A program made the translations under genes and the position numbers. Shown here in pieces: positions 1 to 9,803 of a stretch of DNA of 64,000 nt (position 1 is its first letter; each line of letters begins with the position of its first letter). The DNA is from Eledone cirrhosa (lineage: Eukaryota): the NCBI GenBank assembly GCA_964016885.1, contig OZ024743.1:126170001-126234000 (forward strand), written 5' to 3'. The notes below the pieces were generated by a model. That model did not search any database. It saw only the letters and a program-made list of their open reading frames with translations, and had not been told where the DNA came from.

Positions 1-285
1 CTCAGGATTTCTTCTCCTTTGAGCACATTATTTACAGGGAATGGCGAGGGCCTATGGCTCCGTTAATTTATCGTGATATTTCGCTCCTTATAACAGTCTT
101 TCCTATCTCTCTGTTTGGTTGAGCACACTTCTCTGAGTGGTTTTGGGCTGCCCTTTCTAGCAGCTCGTCCCTCAGAGGCCACTGGTTCACTGCCCTTAAA
201 CACGCTGTGACTTCTCTCTCCCACGTGTAGCTGGACAGTCACTTTTAAAATTCTCTTAGTGTTGTCTGAAATGTATAGCCTTACA

Positions 286-359
286 CACGCTGATGAACCG
301 AGGTTATTCCATTTCTGTCAACAAATTACTGGCGAAACATCTCTTTGGATTTGTACGTG
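286..359 (+). ncRNA. type I hammerhead ribozyme motif (degenerate stem II)
   Basis: CACG-CUGAUGA(290-296)...GAAA(334-337)-CA...UG-UA(GUA 353-355)-CGUG; stem I CACG/CGUG, stem III ACA/UGU, stem II imperfect. Confidence 0.6.
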
Positions 360-504
360 GGTTATATAGTGATAGAGGTATTTATTTACGCTTTAATTTA
401 TATTTTTAATTATCGTGTCTATAGTCCATACACTGGTGGGTTTTTTTCCCTGTTTTTATATATATATATATTTCAGAGATATACAGTGCATATACATATA
501 TATG

Positions 505-866
505 AAGGAACATGGCTTAGTGGTTAGAGCATTGACCTTGCAATCGAAAGGTTGTGAGTTCAATTCTCAGACCGGGTGATGTGTTTTTTCCTTGAGCAAG
601 ACACTTTATTTCACATTGCTCCAATTTACTCAGCTGTAGAAATGAGATGATAGGGACTGGAGGTCACTATCATTCCACTGCAAAGTCGTCGTGGAGATGC
701 CACGGCAAAAAAGCCCCTATCATCTCATTTCTACAGCTGAGTAAACTGGAGCAATGTGAAATAAAGTGTCTTGCTCGAGGAAACAACACATCACCCGGTC
801 TGAGAATTGAACTCACAACCTTTCGATTGCAAGCCCAATGCTCTAACCACTAAGCCATGTGCCTCC
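505..866. mobile_element. two tRNA-derived SINE heads in inverted (tail-to-tail) arrangement
   Basis: A box TGGCTTAGTGG and B box GAGTTCAATTC at 512-566; reverse-complement copy at about 714-866; same family as 28758-29104. Confidence 0.85.
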
Positions 867-1245
867 ATATATATATATATAGTTTCAGAAGATCCCGTTA
901 AGGGTGAAAGCAGCGATTCTTTGCTTAAACTTTAATCTGTTATTTTAATAAATATATATATATATTATAATAAAATAACACTGGACGTGTGTAAATCCTT
1001 GAAAGGTTTATTATACTATAATCACTTCAATGACCGGGTACCGTATGAATCCGGTGATATCATCAGGTATTCGAAATATAACAAAGGAATATAACAGATA
1101 AAATCCATGTAGCTTTAGCACTCGGATGAGGAAAGACCCCAGAGTAATAACATTACGTTCAGACAGCTTAGTAAATCAGATATAGCGGTCGGCAGTCCAG
1201 CCGCATCACTAGAGCAACGAAAATACAGGACCCAGGAAAAGATTT

Positions 1246-1329
<84 letters not shown>
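1246..1329. repeat. (TA)n microsatellite
   Basis: direct reading. Confidence 0.95.
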
Positions 1330-1332
<3 letters not shown>

Positions 1333-2172
1333 GGTGCGGACGATATTTGTTCGCAATTTTCAAGTGGTAATTTTATGCAATTTCTTTTTACTTCCGATGT
1401 CACTCTTGTCTTCATAAAAACAGTGACTATATTTCCATTATTTATTTTCAGAATAATTGATTATGAATAATTTTGAACCCTCAAATTTGTGGAAGAGACA
1501 CGGAGTTGTTCTTGGAATCCGCGCCGGGAGGACAAATAAGACCAGAAGATCAATTCCCAGAACAACAGGTGGCTCGCTGTCTCATCCAAAGACGTGCCCA
1601 GAGTCATGCAGACAAAGTTTCCAGCGACAACATTGGCCTTAGGTGTCGTCAGCAGTCAAGGTGACGTGATGCCACCTCACTTCTTCCCTGAGGGCCTCAA
1701 GCTGAACACCGATGGCTACATCCGCATTCTGAGCAAGGTAGCTGGATCGACCAGGTAGCTGCAGATAAGCCGTATGTATGGCAGCAAGACTCAGCACCCT
1801 GCCATACCAGACGAAAGACCCAAGCCTGGCTGTCAGAGAACTTCGTCGACCACACTTCACCTGACATCTGGCCTCCCAGCTCGCCCGACTGCAACCCCCT
1901 CGACTTCTTTGTGTGGGGCGCAGTGGAATGAGACACCAACAGATCTAGCTGCAATACGAAAGACGATCTGAAGACCAGGATTACAAGTGCCTTTAGGGGC
2001 CTAAGTCGGGACTGGTTCCGAGGCCGTCATCAAAGCCAATGGCGGGTTTATCGAGTGAGTTCGAAAGAACAGGTCATAGACCCAAGCATGATAAATAAAT
2101 CTTAAAAAATAAAACTACTGTGTCACCTTTTCCTAGACAGTAATCTTGCGAACAAATATCGTCCGCACCATG
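1330..2172 (+). mobile_element. internally deleted Tc1/mariner-superfamily transposon, DD37D (maT) type
   Basis: TIR CAGGGTGCGGACGATATTTGTTCGCAA with its reverse complement at 2146-2172, TA on both flanks; remnant WQQDSAPCH...WPPSSPDCNPLD with 37 residues between the Asp residues. Confidence 0.92.
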
Positions 2173-2241
2173 TATATATATATTTATATATATATATATA
2201 CAATATTAAATAAATGGAAACTATATTTATAAAACCATATT

Positions 2242-2307
2242 TATTTCATTATATATATTTCAGGGATATCATATTAACAATATACTATGCCTTCCTCAGA
2301 CAAAATA
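2242..2307 (-). ncRNA. type I hammerhead ribozyme (inverted pLTR copy)
   Basis: reverse complement of 5762-5827 with one substitution in the stem II extension. Confidence 0.8.
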
Positions 2308-2416
2308 CAATATAAACAGTTTTATAGATAAATAGATTCGACATACCGTAACAACATCTACTTGCATTTGAGAAGGTTGATTTGGTAGTGACAAAATTGT
2401 ACACAGAGAGAAAGAA

Positions 2417-2447
<31 letters not shown>

Positions 2448-2879
2448 AAAAAAGAGAAAAAAGGAAAGAAAGACAGAAAACGAAGAGAAAGAAAAAGAAG
2501 AAATGCATGGAACAAAATAGAGAGATGGAAAGATAGATAAAGAGAAGAACTTCATGTAAAGAAACAGAAAGATATATATATATAGAGAGAGAGAGGAAAT
2601 AGAGATAGATACATATATATAGAAAGCTAGGTAGTGGGACGTCTTTTGAATAACGTATCAATGATACATTTATTTATTTATTTATTTATTTAGCTCTAGT
2701 ATTAATGTAAGGGAGATATATGGAGGGAAAACCAGCTGTTATATAGGGAGAGAAAAAATATATAGAGAGAAAAAAATTCAAAAATATCCAGACACAGGCG
2801 AGGCGTAAAAACCTCTGTTTTAATGTAGAGGTATTAGTATTTACAAAACCAGCCTCTACATTGTAAATATCAGTATTCC

Positions 2880-4370
2880 TGGTTTAAGCAAATTAAATAT
2901 AACAATAATAATAAGTTTATTCAACTTGATATAGCTAACTATTATTCTTCTATTACCCCTAATCTACTAAATAAGGCACTAAATTACGCATTCAAACATA
3001 CTGACCTAACTAGCAATGAAATGCATATTATATTATCGGCTAGGAAAACTTTGATAGAATTTAATGACCAACTATGGACCAGAGCAGATAGAGATAGCAA
3101 TTTTGACATTACTATGGGATCATCCGACTCAGCCCAGGTAACTGACCTTGTGGGTTTATTTTTAATCAATTCGCTACATAGGAAAATACCCGGTACTACC
3201 GGAGGTTTATATAGAGACGACATGCTTTTACTTATTGATAATAATAACTCTGAACTAAATAGAAAATGTAAACAAATTACACAATTTTTTAATTACTTTA
3301 ATCTTAAAATAGAAATTGAAAACAACCATAGAATAGTCAATTTCCTAGATATAACATTAAATCTCAACACATGTCTTCACTATCCTTTTCACAAGTTGAA
3401 TGAAAACTTAAACTATGTAAACTTTAACTCTAACCACCCCAGATCTGTCAAAAACACTATAGTAAACTCTGTCCAAAAACGTATCTCTAGGATCTCGTCG
3501 AATAGAAAGATTTTCGACGAAAAAGCCCAATACTACAATGAAGCATTAGCTAGAGCAGGATATGCTGATAAGATTGTGTACATAGATAATGATAGACAAA
3601 CTAAACAAAATAACAACTATTTTAATTACGGCAACAACCTTAACAACTATAATAGAAAGCATTACAATAATTCCAAAGGCCAAAAAAGAAATAGAACTAG
3701 GAACATAATTTGGTTTGCCCCCCCTTTCTCACTAAACATTAAAACCCACATCGCTAAACTATTTTTTAAAGCTCTTGATAATCGCTTCCCTAGAACACAT
3801 AGATATCACTCAATTTTCAATAGACATACAATTAAATTAACCTACTCATCCACCAAAAATTTAGCACAAAATATCAATAGAATAAATAATAGGAACTTAA
3901 AACCTAGTGATAACAGCATAAATAATATACAAGTTAACAAATGTAACTGTAGAGATAGATCTAAATGTCCGTTAAATAACAACTGCTTAGTTAAAAATAT
4001 AGTATACAATTGTAATGTTAATACTGACTCTAATTCTTTTAACTACGTCGGTTCCACATCGACGGAATTTAAACTTCGCTATAATAACCACAAGAATTCT
4101 TTCACAGATCCAAGTAAAAAATCTTCAACGGCACTATCAGGCGTACTATGGCAACTTAAGCTAGATAACGTTAGATATTCGACGGCTTGGAATATAGTCT
4201 CAAGAGGGATTCCTTTTAATTCATCCTCTGAGACATGTGACCTCTGCGCAGAGGAGATATTCTTTATACTAAAATCTAAAAATTCCCTTAATCTACGGAC
4301 AAATTTATTCAGTTGTTGCAAACATAGATTAAACTCAACGTTTAAATATAAATTTAAATTTAAAATGTAG
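2880..4370 (+). CDS. Penelope-like reverse transcriptase + GIY-YIG endonuclease (N-terminally truncated)
   Basis: Frame is open from the inversion junction (FIQLDIANYYSSI) through ORF 3021..4370: DITMGS, LYRDD, NFLDITL, YVNFNSNHP, CNCR-CPL-C, IVY...YVG, FKLRYNNH, CDLCxEE. Confidence 0.92.
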   Translation, partial: WFKQIKYNNNNKFIQLDIANYYSSITPNLLNKALNYAFKHTDLTSNEMHIILSARKTLIEFNDQLWTRADRDSNFDITMGSSDSAQVTDLVGLFLINSLHRKIPGTTGGLYRDDMLLLIDNNNSELNRKCKQITQFFNYFNLKIEIENNHRIVNFLDITLNLNTCLHYPFHKLNENLNYVNFNSNHPRSVKNTIVNSVQKRISRISSNRKIFDEKAQYYNEALARAGYADKIVYIDNDRQTKQNNNYFNYGNNLNNYNRKHYNNSKGQKRNRTRNIIWFAPPFSLNIKTHIAKLFFKALDNRFPRTHRYHSIFNRHTIKLTYSSTKNLAQNINRINNRNLKPSDNSINNIQVNKCNCRDRSKCPLNNNCLVKNIVYNCNVNTDSNSFNYVGSTSTEFKLRYNNHKNSFTDPSKKSSTALSGVLWQLKLDNVRYSTAWNIVSRGIPFNSSSETCDLCAEEIFFILKSKNSLNLRTNLFSCCKHRLNSTFKYKFKFKM

Positions 4371-5761
4371 TATATTTAGTTTGATTTATAATTATATGGG
4401 AAACTAGCCGATAAATCTTTGATTCTCTTTTTATTCTTTTTATTTTTATTTTATTTATTTTTATTTAAACATTCTTCATGAAAAATTAAGCTACCCTAAA
4501 AGTTGATGCTCCAAATATTTCGAATAAACGTTACACTAGATAAACTTCTATATTAAATATAAGAACACATGTAGACCAAATTGGGCATCCTATACTTTTT
4601 GAAATGATCTTTGCTAGATGCGATTTGATAGATAATTTTGGCTTTATCTGGTTTGACTCTGATGTTTATAATGAACTTGGCAATATATTGTCAATTAATT
4701 TTGAAGGGTTGATCTTTGTGGTTTATTTTATTTTTATTATTGTAGTATTTCCTATTATTTTTATTTTTAATATTTTTTAATATTTTTAATATGTAAATTT
4801 TTTAATATGTAATATTTTTAATATGTAATATTCTTTCGTAATATTTCTTAGTTTTCTATTTTATTATTACTTATTATTATTATTGTTATTTTAGTTTTGT
4901 TTCCGATATATTTTTATTTTTATTAGTATATTGAAATCTGCTCTATTTTTGCTTGATAGATAATCTTGTAGAGTAGAGACAGAAATAGTAATATTGACTC
5001 TATATACACATATATGTATACTTAAATTTTTATACCGCATTGAGAATACTTTCCGTGAACTTAGGGTTTGCAGAATTGATCATGTACATTCACATAGATG
5101 TTTGTAATTATCACATAAACATATGAATTTTTTTAAAAAACTAAACATAAGATCATTAATTCTCACACATTGTGGATACATATCTCATTCAGGAATACTG
5201 ATATTTACAATGTAGAGGCTGGTTTTGTAAATACTAATACCTCTACATTAAAACAGAGGTTTTTACGCCTCGCCTGTGTCTGGATATTTTTGAATTTTTT
5301 TCTCTCTCTATATTTTTTCTCTCCCTATATAACAGCTGGTTTTCCCTCCATATATCTCCCTTACATTAATACTAGAGCTAAATAAATAAATAAATAAATA
5401 AATGTATCATTGATACGTTATTCAAAAGACGTCACACTACCTAGCTTTCTATATATATGTATCTATCTCTATTTCCTCTCTCTCTATATATATATATCTC
5501 TTTCTGTTTCTTTACATGAAGTTCTTCTCTTTATCTATCTTTCCATCTCTCTATTTTGTTTCATGCATTTCTTCTTTTTCTTTCTCTTCGTTTTCTGTCT
5601 TTCTTTCCTTTTTTCTCTTTTTTTCTCTCTTTTTCTCTCTTTCTCTCTCTCTTTCTTTCTCTCTGTGTACAATTTTGTCACTACCAAATCAACCTTCTCA
5701 AATGCAAGTAGATGTTGTTACGGTATGTCGAATCTATTTATCTATAAAACTGTTTATATTG

Positions 5762-5827
5762 TATTTTGTCTGAGGAAGGCATAGCATATTGTTAATATGA
5801 TATCCCTGAAATATATATAATGAAATA
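5762..5827 (+). ncRNA. type I hammerhead ribozyme, minimal palindromic stem III
   Basis: UAUUUUGU-CUGAGGA(5770-5776)-AGG...CAUAUU/AAUAUG...CCU-GAAA(5808-5811)-UAUAU-AUA(5817-5819)-AUGAAAUA; 8-bp stem I. Confidence 0.82.
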
Positions 5828-5991
5828 AATATGGTTTTATAAATATAGTTTCCATTTATTTAATATTGTAAATATACTCCAAATATTTGTCGAGTGCTTT
5901 TATATCAGTTATAAATATTTACTAGTTGTAACCCAACAATTTAAATATAACTTTCCATATATATATATATATATATATATGCGACCAGACT

Positions 5992-6298
5992 TCAACACAG
6001 CAACAACAACAACAGCAACTACAATAACAGTGACAGCAACAACAACAACAGCAATAACACCATTGTCTGCAGCAACAGCATCAGTGAAATGAACACAACA
6101 GCAGCAGCAGCAACAACAACGACAACAACAACAACTGCAACCACCATCACTGACACCATCCACCACCACCACCATCACCATCACCCTCACCACCACCACA
6201 ACCACCACAACCGCCATCCACCACCACCACCACCATCACTGACATCATCCACCACCACCACCATCACTGACACCATCCACCACCACCACCATCACCAA
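5992..6298. repeat. (CAA/CAG)n and (CAC/CAT)n low-complexity tract
   Basis: direct reading. Confidence 0.9.
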
Positions 6299-6517
6299 CG
6301 ATCAGGCCTTAAAAACAACTATAATACTAAATAACTATTCTGTTCTTGGCACGGGGCAGCGATTGTCCCAGCACGTTGCTGGTGCCTTGTTTTGGGGCCC
6401 GGTGAGTGGAGAGCCGTTGCTCTTTGCTGTAAAGCAAATAATAATTATTATTATATAAAAACTGAACTGGAAAAGGCAACAGTTGACATGATTTTGATTT
6501 TGTATCAGTACTGATGG

Positions 6518-6778
<261 letters not shown>

Positions 6779-6809
6779 TCAATAAGTGGTGGGTTTTTTT
6801 TTATGACCA

Positions 6810-9420
6810 TGCTGTAAAATGGAGGAGTAGAGAGGGCCCATGAGTTCAGTAAGACATCCTCTCTAGTGCTGGTGGCACAAATAAAATCACCCAGTCCATG
6901 TTGTAAAGTGACGCTGGTGTTAGGAAGGGCATCCAACCAGTGTATCAATGCCAAAACGATTATTAGCACAGCAACAAGTATATAGGAACAACAAAATATG
7001 AAGACTTAATGTTGGCACTCTCAGAGGTAGATCTGCTGAAATAGTGGAGATGCTGGAGAGAAGGCGTGCAAGAGGTGAGATGGAGAGGTGCCTCTGCGAG
7101 ACTAGTCGCAGGCAAACATCTTAGCTATAAGCGTTTCTGGGTAGGTAAGGATGATGGGTTACGGGGAGTCGGCATTTTCCTACCTGAGAGATGGATAAAT
7201 AAGACAATAGAGGTAGCTCGAGTTAGTAATCGAATAATTAAGCTTAGATTAGTTGTAGGCAGGAGACTACTGACAATCATCTCTGCCTATGCCCCCCAAG
7301 CAGGCCTAAGCAAAGAAGAGAAAGACTGCTTTTACGAGCAACTTTTACAAACAACCGCAATGACAAAAGACGGAGACATCGTTATGCTAGCAGGGGACTT
7401 CAATGGTCATGTTGGACAGCTCCAGGATGGTTACACTGGGGTACATGGTGGGCACAGTTACGGCTCAAGAAATGAAGAAGGAGTGAGACTTCTTGAATTT
7501 TGTGATGCAAGTACACTGACTATTTGCAACACTAACTTCCAGAAACCTGCCAACCACCTAATAACCGACAAATCAGGCGAGCACATAAGCCAGATTGACT
7601 TCTTACTAGTTAGGCAGTGGGACAGGCAGATAGTGTCAAATACCAAGGCATACCCTGGGGAAGAATGCACCCCACAGCATAGGTTAGTGGGCAGTCATAT
7701 CTCAGTAAGCAAGAGATGGAATGAGACATACAGGAAGGTGGGGAGTTCACTAAAGACCTTTCACTAAAATACAAAATTTGGAAAGCCCTTCAAGATGTGT
7801 ATGACAAAAAAGAAGACGATTTAGAGACGTATGACATACATAATAACTGGAATTTCTTACGTGACAACTTACTGCAGGCTACTGATGAAACTTGTGGCTG
7901 GAGCAGAGCTCCTACCAGACAGAGAGTGACCTGGTGGTGCAACAGCACAGTAGATAAGGCCATTAGAGACAAAAGACTAGCATGGAAGGCTTGGAAAAAG
8001 GGTGAGAGTAGAGAAGGATATACAGCCTCTAAGAGAGAAGCTAGACGTCAGGTGTACTTAGCACGCAGGGAGGCTGAGAGTAGGAGGTTTGCCAATGTTG
8101 TGATGGGAATATCAGAAGCGTGCGGTGTTCCACATTGCAAGGCAGTGTGTCAATGCAAATCAGGATGTTGTTGGAGATAAATGTGTCCGGAATGATGCCG
8201 GTGTACTTAGTGTCACGAATGATTGGAAAAAGGAGGCCTGGAAATGTCATTATGAAAGACTGAGGAATGTGGAGAACGAATGGGAGAGAGAGAAATTACC
8301 CTCAGTAGATCCGACAAAGGGACCAGCTATTGAGATTGACGAATATAGAGTTCAAGAGGCTATTAAGGAAATTAAAAATGGTAAGGCTGCTGGACTGTTG
8401 GGGATAGTTGCTGAGATGCTGAAGGCATCAGGGGATGTAGGCACTAAACTGGTTGCACGCATCATCAATCAGGCTATATATGGTGGATTCATACCCAAAG
8501 ACTGGTGCAGCAGTATTCTCATAAATTACTACAAAGGTAAAGGGGATGCTCTGGAGAGGAGCAATTATAGCGGTATAAAACTGATGGATCAGGTTATGAA
8601 AGTGGCAGAAAGAACATTAGCACAACTAATTAGAGAAAGGGTCAAACTAGATGAGATGCAGTTTGGTTTTGCGCCTGGGAAAAGTACAACAGATGCCCTC
8701 TTCTTGGTGAGACAATTACAAGAGAGGTTCTTAGAGAAGAATAAGCCACTATACTTAGCCGTTATTGACCTATAGAAGGCCTTTAATAGGGTACCCCGAT
8801 CTGTCATCTGGTGGTCCCTAAGGAAACTAGGTGTTGAGCAATGGCTTGTGAGGACAGTGCAAACTTTGTACAGAGGTGCTGTCAATAAAGTCAGTCTAGG
8901 AATGGAGTTTAGTGAGGAATTCCAGATACAAGTGTTGTGTTCTGGAGAGGAGATTGCGTTGATATGGACATATGATGCATATGAAGGATGAGAGCTGTAT
9001 AAAAAAGTGCAGGGCAATGAAATTGATGGAAGTGGGTAGACCAAGAAAAACCTGGGACGAGGTGATAAAAACCGACCTTGCTCACCTACACCTCTCTAAG
9101 ACAATGACACTGGATCGAGACCTTTGGCGCCATGCAGTTGTACAGAAGACCCGACTACCATTGCATACGAACCTACAGTCAGTAGGCACCTCTTAACCCA
9201 ATGTATACTCCACCCTAACACCTCTACCCCATCATCCCTCCCCCGTTCCGTCCACTGTGTCAATGACACAACAGTCCACACTGTAAGGTGGCCGTGTAGG
9301 AGACATAGTGAAAAGGCTCCCAATCGATACTGTAAATATGGTTGGTGTTAGGAAGGGCATCCAGCTGTAAAAAACCTGCCTGAGACGTTTGCGAGCGAGG
9401 CATGGTTTCCCGACCTTGGA
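6810..9420 (+). mobile_element. RTE-clade LINE, decayed, with large internal deletion near 8935
   Basis: APE endonuclease (QEVRW, SAYAPQ, GDFNGHVG, SQIDF, QHRLV), RT N-terminal half (QFGF, DL*KAFNRVP), then a jump to the C-terminus (GRPRKTW); frameshifts and stops; ends approximate. Confidence 0.9.
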
Positions 9421-9721
9421 TTTTCTTACCTTAAGTTGCTTACACATTCCTCGGTTTGTTGTTTCTTTCACTGTTTTCTCTTTTCTTCCCTTTTCCCTTC
9501 CATTTTCTTTCTCTTCCTCCTCCGTTTTCCCAATAACTTACCCAGTTATTGAACACTCTGGGGGTAGATATATTGTCTTTAAAGCGTTGAAATATCCGAG
9601 ACCCCCAGTAGACAACTGATAAGGAAAACTCCCAACAGTTCTTGCTTTCTTCTTATTCTCATTCCATTTTTAAGCCTAACTTAACTAGCAACTACACGGC
9701 CATCTTATTCTCCATATATTT

Positions 9722-9792
<71 letters not shown>

Positions 9793-9803
9793 GTATATAT
9801 ATA

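Larger units (their letters stand above)
2199..5870 (+). mobile_element. Penelope-like retroelement, 5'-truncated, with inverted terminal (pLTR) repeat
   Basis: 2199-2881 is the near-perfect reverse complement of 5190-5870; it encloses an RT + GIY-YIG ORF; one hammerhead in each arm. Confidence 0.93.

Noticed and set aside
886-920. Hammerhead-like CAGAAGA-UCCC/GGGU-GAAA
   Set aside because: Core has A in place of the invariant U, and stems I and III do not pair; at most a relic
1025-1075. Minus-strand CUGAUGA...CCGGUC
   Set aside because: No GAAA box and stem I is out of register
5410-5784. 124-aa hydrophobic ORF and its mirror at 2296..2661
   Set aside because: Translation of CT-rich low-complexity pLTR sequence; the frame is not kept between the two arms
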